Assembly: GCA_051002235.1 (NCBI GenBank)
Contig: JBPCMN010000034.1
Location: 1,669-65,668 of the forward strand
Reading direction: 5' to 3'
DNA length: 64,000 nucleotides
Origin: Acidimicrobiia bacterium
Lineage (GTDB): Bacteria > Actinomycetota > Acidimicrobiia > IMCC26256 > JACDBD01
The translations under genes were made by a program, and so were the position numbers. The notes under the pieces were generated by a model. That model made no database searches. It was not told where the DNA came from and saw only the letters and a program-made list of their open reading frames with translations. Shown here piece by piece: positions 38,484 to 50,410 of this stretch (position 1 is its first letter; every line of letters begins with the position of its first letter).

Positions 38484-39472
38484 CACGCCACCGCCTGGAG
38501 ACGGCGCTGGTCGCGCTTGACGAGGTAGTCGGTGAGCCGGGTCATCGGGACAGTGATCACCACGAAGCAGATCCCGAGCCCGACCACCGACGAGAGGTTG
38601 AAGTTGTTGCCGGCATAGATGCGGGCGCGGTTGAAGCCCTCGAGCAGCCCGAGGACGTTGATGAGGGCGGTGTCCTTCTGGAGCCCGATGAAGTCGTTGA
38701 GCAGCGGCGGGATCACGCGCCGGACGGCCTGGGGAACGACGACGAAACGCATGGTCTGGCTGTACGAGAGACCCAGCGATCGCGCCGCCGCGGCCTGGCT
38801 CCAGTGCACGCTCTCGATCCCGGCCCGGTAGACCTCGGCGACGTACGCGCCGTAGATGAGGGTGAGGGCGAGCACACCGAACCAGAACAGCTCGAGGTCC
38901 TCGAAGAACGAGATCCCCGTGAGCGGGAGCCCGAAACCGACCAGGTAGATCGTCACGATGGCGGGGAGCCCGCGGAACACGTCGATGTAGGCGATCGCGA
39001 GCCAGCGCACCGGCGCCGCGGCCTTTCCGGGAGCGAGGCGGGCGAGCACGACCACCAAGCCCCAGACGAGAACGAGGGCCTCCGCAACCACGAACAGCTT
39101 GATGTTCAGCCAGAAGCCCTTGCGGACGGAGGGGAAGCTGTCGCGCAGGTGCTCCCACGCGAAGAACGTGTCCCGGATGTCGCGCAGCCCGTTACGGGCC
39201 AGGTAGAGCGCCAGGAGCACCGCGAGGAGAAGACCCAGCGCGAGACCGATCGTGGCGAGCACGCGCGCCGGCCGCAGCAGCCTGCGATCGGGGTTGGCGT
39301 CGTCGCTCAGGGCCAGCCGGCGCTCGGCCCGGCGCACGAGCACGAGCGCCGCGATCGCGGGCAGGACCGTCAGGGTGGCGACCGAGACGATCGCCAGGAC
39401 GAACGCGGTGACCGCGAGGCCGTCGCGCCGCTCCCCCTCGGCGCGGGTGTCAGATCTCGAGGTAGGGGACGT
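38483..39472 (-). CDS. Polar amino-acid ABC transporter permease (start uncertain: ACG 39472 or GTG 39343)
   Basis: YIDVFRGLP, AYVAEVYRAGIESV, AAARSLGLS, PQAVRRVIPPLLN. Confidence 0.88.
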   Translation of the reverse strand, partial: TSPTSRSDTRAEGERRDGLAVTAFVLAIVSVATLTVLPAIAALVLVRRAERRLALSDDANPDRRLLRPARVLATIGLALGLLLAVLLALYLARNGLRDIRDTFFAWEHLRDSFPSVRKGFWLNIKLFVVAEALVLVWGLVVVLARLAPGKAAAPVRWLAIAYIDVFRGLPAIVTIYLVGFGLPLTGISFFEDLELFWFGVLALTLIYGAYVAEVYRAGIESVHWSQAAAARSLGLSYSQTMRFVVVPQAVRRVIPPLLNDFIGLQKDTALINVLGLLEGFNRARIYAGNNFNLSSVVGLGICFVVITVPMTRLTDYLVKRDQRRLQAVA

Positions 39473-40262
39473 CGGCCGGGTCCTTCCCGAACTCGGGCGC
39501 CAGGAACTCCTCCGCCAGGGCGTCGATCGTGCCGTCGGCCTTCATCGCCTTCAGCTGCTTGTTCACCTTCTTCAGGAGGTCAGAGTCCTTCGGGAGCACC
39601 GCGCCGTACTTCTCGCCCACCTCGAACTGGCCGACGACCTCGAACTCCGAGCCCGACTGGCTTGCCTGCGCGAGCACGATGGTGGTGTCGAGCAGGACCG
39701 CGTCGACCTGATCGGCCTGGAGCGCGGCGAACGCCTGCGTGGTCTCCTGGTACACCTGGGGCTCGTCGTCGGGCTTCAGCTCGTCCTCGAGGAACGTCTG
39801 GGCGGTCGTGGCCGACTGCACCCCCCACTGGAGCCCCTTGGCTGCTTCGGCGTCGGACACCTCGGTGCCCTGCTGCACGAGGATCCCCTGGTCGGAGTTG
39901 AAGTACGGGGTCGAGAAGTCGACGACCTTCCGCCGATCCTTCGTGATCGTGACCTGCGAGAGCGCAATGTCGAAGCCCTTGGCGTTGCCCGCGACCAGGG
40001 CGTCGAACGACACGTTCACCACGTTGACCCCGTCGTCGCGCCCGAGCCGCTCGGCCAGCTCCAGGGCGATGCCATACTCGAACCCTCCGCTGATGTCGTC
40101 GGGGTCGTCCCCGGTCCAGAAGCCCGGCGCGGGCAGGTTGGTGCCCACGGTGAGGACACCTTCCTCCTCGAAACCGCCGTCGCCGGAAGGAGCGGCGGGG
40201 GCGGGGGCGGCGAGCAGGGCGAGCGTGAGAGCGGCGGCGAGGGTGACGACGAGCTTGCGCAC
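39450..40262 (-). CDS. Polar amino-acid ABC transporter substrate-binding protein
   Basis: Signal peptide; GFEYGIA, SQVTITKDRRKVVDFSTPY, SBP_bac_3 features. Confidence 0.9.
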   Translation of the reverse strand: MRKLVVTLAAALTLALLAAPAPAAPSGDGGFEEEGVLTVGTNLPAPGFWTGDDPDDISGGFEYGIALELAERLGRDDGVNVVNVSFDALVAGNAKGFDIALSQVTITKDRRKVVDFSTPYFNSDQGILVQQGTEVSDAEAAKGLQWGVQSATTAQTFLEDELKPDDEPQVYQETTQAFAALQADQVDAVLLDTTIVLAQASQSGSEFEVVGQFEVGEKYGAVLPKDSDLLKKVNKQLKAMKADGTIDALAEEFLAPEFGKDPADVPYLEI

Positions 40263-40340
40263 GGGTGAACTCCTACCTCTCGATCGACTGACAGCGTGGG
40301 AATCTAGCCCCGGCCGGTCAGGGGTGCCCGGGCCGGGGCG

Positions 40341-41276
40341 TCAGACGTCCTCGTACTGGAGGCTGCTGAGCCCGTCGACGGTGGCGTCACCCAGCAGCGC
40401 CTGGCGGGCGCCGGGCAGCGCGGCCAGGAACAGGTTCCAGAAGTCGATCGTCACCGCGGTGACCATCTCGTCGGCGGGGTCGTCGTCGTCCTCGAACGGG
40501 GGGGAGTGGCCGCCGCCGAGGACCGTGACGAAGAACTTCGGCGCAGCCGCATCGGCATAAGCCTCGACACTCCCGGCGTAGGGCAGCGACGGGTCGGCAT
40601 CGCCGTGAAACAGGAGGAGCGGCACGCCGGCCAGCTCATACTCGCCGTCGTAGGGGAACCGTGCGCCGGCCATGGTGATGGCGGCGTCGATACGCGGATC
40701 GCGGCAACAGGTGTTGTAGGTGACCGCGAACGTCGTCACCCCACCGACCGACAGGCCGGCCACGCCGATGCGGTCACCGTCGAGGCGGCCGCGTAGCGGA
40801 TCGTCCTTGCCCTCGCTGAGTTCGAGCATCTCGTCGATGACGAAGCTGACGTCGGCGGGCTGGTTCGTGTAGTCGGCGACGACGGTCCTACCAGGGCCAA
40901 GCTCATCGTTGGTGAGCGGGAACGTGGGCGCGGCGACGACGTAGCCCGCCCGCGCCCACGCCTCGGTTAGCTCGGTGAACTTGCGGGGGTGCCCGTCGAA
41001 GCCGTGGGCGAGAACGATCAGGGGATAGGGCCCACCGGTCTGGGGGAAGCGAATGGTGGTGACCAGCGTGCGGCCGGGTGTGCCGACCGGCGGGTCGGTA
41101 GGCCGGCTCGGGTCGACGAAGGTCTCGGTGCGGACGACGACGTCGCCGACGGTCGCTGGCTTCCTGTCGTTTCGAACCCGCCCCGCGTGGCTGCTGCTCC
41201 CACCGCTGTCCCCGCCGCCGCACGCCGCCGCCGTGACCAGCGCCGCGAGAACCACCCCGGCCCCGAATCCTCGCAT
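40341..41276 (-). CDS. Alpha/beta hydrolase lipoprotein, paralog of 36778-37716
   Basis: Lipobox AAAC; PLIVLAHG, GLSVGG, NTCCRD, HGDAD, GGHSPPFEDDDDPADE. Confidence 0.82.
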   Translation of the reverse strand: MRGFGAGVVLAALVTAAACGGGDSGGSSSHAGRVRNDRKPATVGDVVVRTETFVDPSRPTDPPVGTPGRTLVTTIRFPQTGGPYPLIVLAHGFDGHPRKFTELTEAWARAGYVVAAPTFPLTNDELGPGRTVVADYTNQPADVSFVIDEMLELSEGKDDPLRGRLDGDRIGVAGLSVGGVTTFAVTYNTCCRDPRIDAAITMAGARFPYDGEYELAGVPLLLFHGDADPSLPYAGSVEAYADAAAPKFFVTVLGGGHSPPFEDDDDPADEMVTAVTIDFWNLFLAALPGARQALLGDATVDGLSSLQYEDV

Positions 41277-41294
41277 CGGGTGAGTCTGGCCCGT

Positions 41295-41972
41295 CTAGGC
41301 CGCGACGACGAAGTTGAAGGTGGCGGCCTTGCGTCGGCGACGTTGCGCACGTTCATAACCAGCTCGGCATGGAAGAGGTCGTCGCGCTCGTTCTCGGCCT
41401 CGCCCGGGAAGTAGAGCTGGGTGGTGAGCACGGGACCGCCCTCGGCCTGCACCTTCACGTGGATGTGCCGGGTCCGGCCGGGATACACCGCCGGCACGAT
41501 CGTCTCGAGCCGGTACGCCCCGGTGGCGTCGGCGAACAGGTGGCCGCGCAGCCGGTACCCCTCGTTGTCGTAGTCACCGTTGTCGTCGGTGTGCCAGAAG
41601 TCCAACAGGGCGCCCGCGGCCGGCCGGCACGCGGTCGTCAGGACTATTCCCGCGACGACGATCTTGGTTCCGCCGTCGACGTCGGCGAGGAAGCTGGACT
41701 CTCGGGCGAGTCGGGGGTGAAGAACGGGCCCTCGGTCTGGTTCGGGGTCGGCTCGTCGCCGTCGGTGCACGCGGGTGTGGGTGCCAACGTGGTCGCAGTC
41801 GCGGCCTCGGTCGATCCCGAGTCGTCGACGTCGACCCCGCGGCGCGGTCGCTGCCCCCGCCGCCGCTGCACGCGGCCACTACGACGGGCACGGATGCGAG
41901 CCCACCGAAGAGGAGCGCCCGGCGCGAGAGCACTGCGGCCTCGAGGTGCTCCGGTGGTTGTGGCGCCTTCAT
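41295..41972 (-). pseudogene. Intradiol ring-cleavage dioxygenase-like Tat lipoprotein, three frameshifts
   Basis: SRRALL..AAC / TEGPFF / DFWHTD..YD..LRGH..YPGRTRHIHVKV..TTQLYFP / KAATFNFVVAA pieces in different frames. Confidence 0.8.
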
Positions 41973-42152
41973 GCTCGTCCTCCGTTGGTCCGGGTCCCGA
42001 CGAGAGCATTCCACCGTCGCCGCCATGGAAGAGCCCGGGGATCGGCTCCGAGTCTCCCCCGACTGCGACCGACCCCCGATTCCGGCCGACCCGACGACCG
42101 GTGCGACGATGAGCGGAACGATAAGCGGGGGGACCTACCAAGGGAGGACCCC

Positions 42153-42842
42153 GTGATCGCATCCGTGCACGTCGCCGATGTCGGTGCTCGGCGGGCGCCG
42201 GAGGTGCTGTTCAAGGCTCCGAAGCCGAAGGCGGTCGCGGGTCTGCGGCACGCCAACGCGGGGCTCACCGCGCCGCTGAGCCGGAGGGTGCTCCCGTCCC
42301 CGAGCTTCGGCCGGGTGGGCCTGGTCGCGTTCTGGGACGACGGCGAGGCTCTCGATCGGTTCCTCGCCGACCATCCGGTCGCGGAAAGACTCGCGGGAGG
42401 ATGGCACGTCCGGCTCGAGCCTCTGCGCGCCTTCGGGTCCTGGCCCGGGCTCTCTGACGGCATTCCGACCGCGCGGGTCGTCGACCACGACGGACCGGCC
42501 GCCGTCCTCACCCTCGGCCGCCTGCGGCTCACCCAGGCGGTGCGCTTCTTCCGCACCAGCGCCAAGGCCGAGGGGGAAGTCGTCGACGCTCCCGGGTTGA
42601 CGTGGGCGACCGGCCTGGCCCGTCCTCCGTTCGTCTCCACCTGTTCCCTGTGGGAGTCGTCAGACGCGCTGTCGGCGTACGCCTACGAACACCGCGACCA
42701 GGCGCACCCCGCCGCGATCGCCGCCGACCGGGCCGAGCCGTTCCACCGTCAGTCGGCGTTCATCCGGTTCCGGCCGTACCAGTCCGAAGGACATCTGGAC
42801 GGGAAGAACCCGCTGGCCGGGACCTGGCTCTCCGCAACCTGA
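42153..42842 (+). CDS. Spheroidene monooxygenase (CrtA)-like protein
   Basis: GGAGG SD; LEPLRAFGSW, AVLTLGRLR, STCSLWES, AYAY..HP.AI, AFIRFRP. Confidence 0.6.
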   Translation: MIASVHVADVGARRAPEVLFKAPKPKAVAGLRHANAGLTAPLSRRVLPSPSFGRVGLVAFWDDGEALDRFLADHPVAERLAGGWHVRLEPLRAFGSWPGLSDGIPTARVVDHDGPAAVLTLGRLRLTQAVRFFRTSAKAEGEVVDAPGLTWATGLARPPFVSTCSLWESSDALSAYAYEHRDQAHPAAIAADRAEPFHRQSAFIRFRPYQSEGHLDGKNPLAGTWLSAT

Positions 42843-42854
42843 CTGAGGGTCTTG

Positions 42855-43253
42855 GTGCGTCGGGGACTCCAGGTGGTCGTGACGGTCCTGGGGATCGTCG
42901 CGGTCGCGGCCGGCGCTCACACCGTGCTGATCGGTGGCGACTCGGTGCTGAACCACGGCGACGTGTCGGCCGGCGTCGACAGCGAGCTGCGCTTCTACGC
43001 CGCCTGGTACGTCGTCGCCGGGGCGCTCCTCCTCAGAGCGGTGCGCCGAATCGAGTCCGAGGCCCTCATCGTGCGCGCGGTCGGCGCCGCCTTCTTCATC
43101 GCCGGAAGTGCACGGCTGCTCTCGCTCGTCACCGTGGGCACGCCCCACGCCTTCGCCCTCGTCCTCATGGTCCTCGAGTTCGTCATCCCCGTCGTGATCG
43201 TGCCGTGGCAGGCCGCGGTCGCCCGATCGGCAAGCGCACACGAGCAGCGCTGA
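42855..43253 (+). CDS. DUF4345 family membrane protein
   Basis: VDSELRFYAA..GSARLLSL..GTP; 4 TM. Confidence 0.75.
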   Translation: MRRGLQVVVTVLGIVAVAAGAHTVLIGGDSVLNHGDVSAGVDSELRFYAAWYVVAGALLLRAVRRIESEALIVRAVGAAFFIAGSARLLSLVTVGTPHAFALVLMVLEFVIPVVIVPWQAAVARSASAHEQR

Positions 43254-43268
43254 TAGACGAGCCTCGAG

Positions 43269-43635
43269 TCAGCTGGCGACGGGATCGGCGAGCAACCGGC
43301 CGAGCTCGGCCGTCATCTTGCCCAGCCGCCCGGTCATCGATGTCGATTCCAGCTCGAAGTGCTCACCGGTCGAGCGCACGTCGATCACGAGCGGGCTCGA
43401 CACGATCCGCTTCTTGAACGTGACGTCGAGGTCGTCGCGCTTCCACACCGCGACCGGGGCGCCGATGTCGAGCGACCGGCCGCTCGTCCGATATTCGAAG
43501 ACATAGGCCTGAGTCGGCCCGACGGCCAGGATCACCATGGGCGGCAGCCCGCCGGCCTTCTCGGCGACCTTCTGCTGGGCGCGCCGGTTGCCGAACATGC
43601 TCCAGCCACCGAGCGCCGCGCCCCGACCGATCGCG
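43269..43635 (-). pseudogene. 5'-truncated hypothetical gene (could be intact from ATG 43598)
   Basis: Coding-like GLPPMVILAVGPTQAYVFEY...; upstream runs into the antisense of a fur fragment. Confidence 0.45.
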
Positions 43636-43887
43636 CTGCACGACCTGGAGGCGATGGGCGAGATCCGTCTCGCGCAGGTGGGCAACGGGCCCCTCCGGGT
43701 GGATTCGAAGCCCGAGCGCCACTCCCACCTCCACTGCACCAAATGCGGGCGGGTGCATGACGTCGACGTCGCCCTGAACGGGCTCGTCCTCCCGGTCGAG
43801 CAGAGGCGCGGCTTCGCCGTCGAGGACGCTGAGGTGATCTTCACCGGACGCTGCCCGATGTGCGCCGGCGACCCGCAGGGTGAGTAG
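43636..43887 (+). pseudogene. 3' half of a Fur/PerR-family gene lacking most of the DNA-binding domain
   Basis: LHDLEAMGEI..HSHLHCTKCGRVHDV..FTGRCPMC. Confidence 0.7.
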
Positions 43888-44041
43888 CGGCTAAAGGCCG
43901 GGCGACCTTCGCCCCGCTGTCACGTCCCCCGGTCGAGCATCTCGCGGCGACGGGACGAATGGCCCAACCCATCGGAACGGCGACGACGTGCCCGATGCGC
44001 TCCTCGACCGGATCTAGTCGGGAACTGGTAATCAGCCAGAT

Positions 44042-44071
44042 CTGGACACACTCCAGCATGGGGCTTAGGCT
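44042..44071 (+). promoter_or_regulatory. furA promoter with palindromic operator
   Basis: CTGGA-cacac-TCCAG 44042-44056; TGGACA-17bp-TAGGCT; GTG 6 nt after -10. Confidence 0.55.
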
Positions 44072-44077
44072 CCGAGC

Positions 44078-46880
<2,803 letters not shown>

Positions 46881-46894
46881 TCGACGTCCCCGGT

Positions 46895-46926
46895 TTGGTG
46901 ACCGGTTCACGTCGACCGGTCACCAA
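46895..46926 (+). terminator. Hairpin downstream of katG
   Basis: TTGGTGACCGGT-8nt-ACCGGTCACCAA. Confidence 0.6.
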
Positions 46927-47034
46927 GACCACGAGTGGAAGCACCACGCGAGCCGCTCAGCCGACTCGCATGGTGCCTCACCGGCGATGTCGCCGAACGG
47001 GCCCCCGAGGCTTGCTACCACCGAGAACCGTCTG

Positions 47035-47107
47035 CGCGCTCGGAGGGACTCGAACCCCCAACCTTCTGATCCGTAGTCAGATGCTCTATCCATTGAGCTA
47101 CGAGCGC
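47035..47107 (-). tRNA. tRNA-Arg (ACG)
   Basis: GCGCTCGTAGCTCAATGGATAGAGCATCTGACT-ACG-GATCAGAAGGTTGGGGGTTCGAGTCCCTCCGAGCGCG. Confidence 0.97.
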
Positions 47108-47151
47108 TCGAGCGGCCAGTGTACGCGGGCGCCTCTCGAATGCCCTCGGAC

Positions 47152-47562
47152 TCAGTTCGAGTGCGGCGGAGGCGGAGATGGCACGAGCGAGAGGTGACGG
47201 CGGCGCACAACCGGCGCCGACGGGAACCCGTCGACGGCGGCGCCCGCGGCCACGCGGGCCCGCAGGAGGGCGCGCCAGACGCCGATCTCGTTGAAGCGAC
47301 CGGGACGGCTCCCGGTGCGGTACCGGACGAACTCGTAGGTGCGGCCCCGCCCGTCGGCCAGCATCTCCCGCCCACTGCGGCGGTGCTCGTAGATCCACAC
47401 CGTCGGGCGGCGGCCGCGGTCGACCCGGCCTCGGAACACGAACTCCTCGGGCTCCACCGGCGAGGGGACGCGCTCGGCCTGCGCTCGCCGCTTGACCGCG
47501 AGCAGCGGCCGCCACCAGTCGAGCCGCTCGGGCTCGTCGGGCGCGGGCTGCCACAACTGCAT
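47152..47562 (-). CDS. Hypothetical protein (136 aa), probably leaderless
   Basis: MQLWQPAPDEPERLDWWRPL...VWIYEHRRSG; ATG 6 nt after TACGCT. Confidence 0.6.
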   Translation of the reverse strand: MQLWQPAPDEPERLDWWRPLLAVKRRAQAERVPSPVEPEEFVFRGRVDRGRRPTVWIYEHRRSGREMLADGRGRTYEFVRYRTGSRPGRFNEIGVWRALLRARVAAGAAVDGFPSAPVVRRRHLSLVPSPPPPHSN

Positions 47563-47568
47563 GCATTC

Positions 47569-47590
47569 AGCGTACGGAGGGGGTGTGACA
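47569..47590 (-). promoter_or_regulatory. PafBC/RecA-NDp-type promoter
   Basis: TGTCAC-N10-TACGCT on minus strand. Confidence 0.55.
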
Positions 47591-47613
47591 GTTACGCGGA
47601 CTAGAAACCCCGG

Positions 47614-48462
47614 ATGGCCGTGTTCCTCGGGCTCGCCGTCGCCGCGACCTATGGCGCCGGGGACTTCTTCGGCGGGCTGGCCACCAAGCGGACCACCACG
47701 TGGGCGGTGGTCGTGGTCGTGCAGGTGGTCGGGCTGGTGGCGCTGCTCGGGCTCGTTCCGCTCGACGGGGCCCCGTTCCCCGCGAGCCGCGACCTCTGGT
47801 TGGGTGCGGTGGCGAGCCTCGCCGGCACGGCCGGGGTCGGCTTCCTCTATCTGGGCCTGGCCCGAGGGCCGATGGGCGTCGTGGCCCCGATCACCGCGGT
47901 CGGCGCGGCTTTGCTGCCGGTGACATGGGGCCTGCTGCAGGGCGAGCGGCCATCGGCCGTCGCCCTGGCGGGGGTGGTGCTCGCGCTGGTGGCAGTCGTG
48001 TTCATCGCCCGGCATCCGCCCGGACACGGGCCGGACGAGCCCGATGCCGCCGCGACCTCCACGCTGGTCACGGCGGTCGCCAGCGGCGCCTGCTTCGGCA
48101 CGTTCTTCATCGTGATCAGCCACACCGACGACGGTTCTGGCTTCTGGCCGCTGCTGAGCGGGCGGGCCGCGTCCATTCCGTTGCTGGTCATCGTGTTGGC
48201 CTTGGCGCGCCAGCCGCTCGTCCCCGCGCGCGCGAGCCTCGGATCCGCCGCGCTGGCCGGCTTCCTCGACGTGGCCGCGAACTCGCTGCTCATCCTGGCG
48301 GTGCGCGAGGGCCTGCTCGCGCTCGTGTCGCCGGTGGCGTCGCTGTACCCGGCGACGACCGTGCTCCTGGCCCGGGTCGTCCTCGACGAGCGGCTTCACC
48401 GGCTCCAGATCGGCGGTCTGGTGGCCGCGCTCGTCGGCGTCCTGCTCATCGCCGGGGGCTGA
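47614..48462 (+). CDS. EamA/DMT family transporter
   Basis: YGAGDFFGG, GPMGVVAPI, SLYPATTVLLA..LDERL; 10 TM. Confidence 0.88.
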   Translation: MAVFLGLAVAATYGAGDFFGGLATKRTTTWAVVVVVQVVGLVALLGLVPLDGAPFPASRDLWLGAVASLAGTAGVGFLYLGLARGPMGVVAPITAVGAALLPVTWGLLQGERPSAVALAGVVLALVAVVFIARHPPGHGPDEPDAAATSTLVTAVASGACFGTFFIVISHTDDGSGFWPLLSGRAASIPLLVIVLALARQPLVPARASLGSAALAGFLDVAANSLLILAVREGLLALVSPVASLYPATTVLLARVVLDERLHRLQIGGLVAALVGVLLIAGG

Positions 48463-48464
48463 AG

Positions 48465-49148
48465 GTGGCCAAGCGTCCCTCGATCCTGCGCTCCTCGCTC
48501 GCGCTCGGCGCCGCCGTCGGCGTGTTCGGCATGTCGTTCGGCGTGCTCGCCGCCAGCGCGGACGTTCCCGTCCCGATGGCGTGCGCCATGTCGCTGTTCG
48601 TGTTCACGGGCGCCACCCAGTTCGCCGCCGTCAGCGTGGTCGCATCGGGCGGATCGCCCCTGTCGGCCGTCGTCAGCGGCCTGCTGCTCGGGCTGCGCCA
48701 CACCGGCTACGGCCTCGCGCTCGACCGCACCCTCCCCCGGTCGCCCCGGCGTCGGTTGCTTGCGGCGCAGTTCCTCCTCGACGAGTCCGCCGCGATGGCG
48801 CTCGCCCAGGCCGACCCGGAGGACGGCCGCCGGGCGTTCTGGACCGCCGGCCTCGCGGTGTTCGGGTTCTGGAACGCGGGCACGCTCGTCGGCGCACTGT
48901 TCGGCTCGGTGCTCGGCGATCCCGCCACGCTCGGGCTCGACGCGGTGTTCCCGGCCGCGTTCCTCGCGCTGCTCGTCCCGCTGGTGAGGACGGGCGACGG
49001 CCGGCTCGCGGCCGCGACCGGCGCGCTGATCGGGATGATCCTCGTCCCGTTGCTCGCCGCCGGCCTGCCGATCGTGCTCGCCGCCGCGGGCGCGATCCCG
49101 GCGGCAGTCGTACGCCGGCGCGCCCGCCGTCGCCACCACGACCCGTGA
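48465..49148 (+). CDS. azlC: AzlC family branched-chain amino acid exporter subunit
   Basis: FGMSFG, MSLFVFTGATQF, LLDESAAMA, GLDAVFPAAFLAL. Confidence 0.88.
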   Translation: MAKRPSILRSSLALGAAVGVFGMSFGVLAASADVPVPMACAMSLFVFTGATQFAAVSVVASGGSPLSAVVSGLLLGLRHTGYGLALDRTLPRSPRRRLLAAQFLLDESAAMALAQADPEDGRRAFWTAGLAVFGFWNAGTLVGALFGSVLGDPATLGLDAVFPAAFLALLVPLVRTGDGRLAAATGALIGMILVPLLAAGLPIVLAAAGAIPAAVVRRRARRRHHDP

Positions 49149-49447
49149 CCTGGCCCGCGGTCCTCGCACTCGCGGTGGGGTCGTACGCACTGAGGGCTAT
49201 AGGCCTGGTCGCGCTGCGGGGCCGGCGCGTGCCCGCGTTCGTCGAGGACGTCCTGACGCTGCTGCCGGCCGCGCTGTTCGGTGCGCTCATCGTCGTCTCG
49301 ACGGTGGGCGGCGACCGGGCCCTCGTACTCGACGCCCGGGTGGCGGGCCTGGCCGCGGCGGGTGTCGCGGTGTGGCGTCGCGCCGGGTTCGTCGTCGTGG
49401 TGATCGCGGCGGCGGGCGCCACCGCGGCGGTACGCGCGGTCTCGTAG
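49145..49447 (+). CDS. azlD: AzlD domain protein
   Basis: GTGA overlap with azlC; LLPAALFGAL..LDARVAG. Confidence 0.82.
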   Translation: MTWPAVLALAVGSYALRAIGLVALRGRRVPAFVEDVLTLLPAALFGALIVVSTVGGDRALVLDARVAGLAAAGVAVWRRAGFVVVVIAAAGATAAVRAVS

Positions 49448-49449
49448 AC

Positions 49450-49947
49450 CTAGAGGACGACCTCGACCGTGGCGTGCGGAGCCAGGTCGACGTGGGTGTT
49501 GTCCTCGGCGTAACGGCGGCCCTGGAGGTTGAACATGCGCACCGTGCCCGGAGCGGTCGGGAACGGTCCCCAATGCCAGGTGCCGCGGGCCAGCACGAAG
49601 CAGTCGAGCGGCCGGAGGCGGAACGCCCGGATCGTCTCGATGTGGGCCGGGTCGGTGAAGTCGACGCCCGCGGGCGCAACCGCCACGACCGACTCGCGGT
49701 CGAGGGGCATCAGCGTCTGGGTGTGGGTGTCGTGGCGATACATCCGCTCGCAGCGCGCCCCGTGCTTCGTGTGCTCGACCTCGTCGTAGCCGTGACTGAT
49801 GAAGTTCACGTGGGGATCGGACCACTCGAACTCGACGCGCACCGGGTCGTCGGGCTCGGTGTCGTCGACGGGCAGCGCGCCGAACGGCATCCACGCAACG
49901 GCCGTGAGTGGCTCGGCGCGCACCCTGACCAGCCGCGGCTCTCCCAT
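49450..49947 (-). CDS. Ureidoglycolate lyase (AllA)-like protein
   Basis: AEPLT..WMPFG, MYRHDTHTQTLMPL, VAVAP, IRAF, RGTWH. Confidence 0.7.
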   Translation of the reverse strand: MGEPRLVRVRAEPLTAVAWMPFGALPVDDTEPDDPVRVEFEWSDPHVNFISHGYDEVEHTKHGARCERMYRHDTHTQTLMPLDRESVVAVAPAGVDFTDPAHIETIRAFRLRPLDCFVLARGTWHWGPFPTAPGTVRMFNLQGRRYAEDNTHVDLAPHATVEVVL

Positions 49948-50018
49948 GACACGCAACCCCTGATCTACGCTGACGGCGGCGTCAGTGTATGGGCCTCGGT
50001 GTAAGGGGGAAGGCGCCA

Positions 50019-50402
50019 ATGGACGTTCGCAGCATCGAAGAGGTCGAACCGGTCGTCGAGCACAACGGCACGGTGCCGGTGTGGTGGCTTGTCAACCCGC
50101 GCGAGATGAAGGAGATCACCGACGGCGGCTTCCTCGAGCTGGTGAGCGAGTTCGAAGTGGCCGGGGGCGGCCTCGTCGACCCCCACCAGCACCCGACCCA
50201 CGAGTTCTATTACGTCACGTCGGGCAAGGGGATCATGATGATCGACGGCGAGGAGCGCGAGATCACCCAGGGCGACCTCGTGCACATACCTCCCGACACG
50301 GTGCACAGCCTCCGACCGGTGAGCGACCACGCTCCGATCCACTGCTTCTGCTTCGCGGTGGGCGTGAAGGATTCCGGCCCGGTCGACTACACGAGCCACT
50401 AG
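50019..50402 (+). CDS. Cupin domain protein
   Basis: PHQHPTHEFYYVTSGKG..GDLVHIPPDTVHSL. Confidence 0.85.
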   Translation: MDVRSIEEVEPVVEHNGTVPVWWLVNPREMKEITDGGFLELVSEFEVAGGGLVDPHQHPTHEFYYVTSGKGIMMIDGEEREITQGDLVHIPPDTVHSLRPVSDHAPIHCFCFAVGVKDSGPVDYTSH

Positions 50403-50410
50403 CCCGCTCG

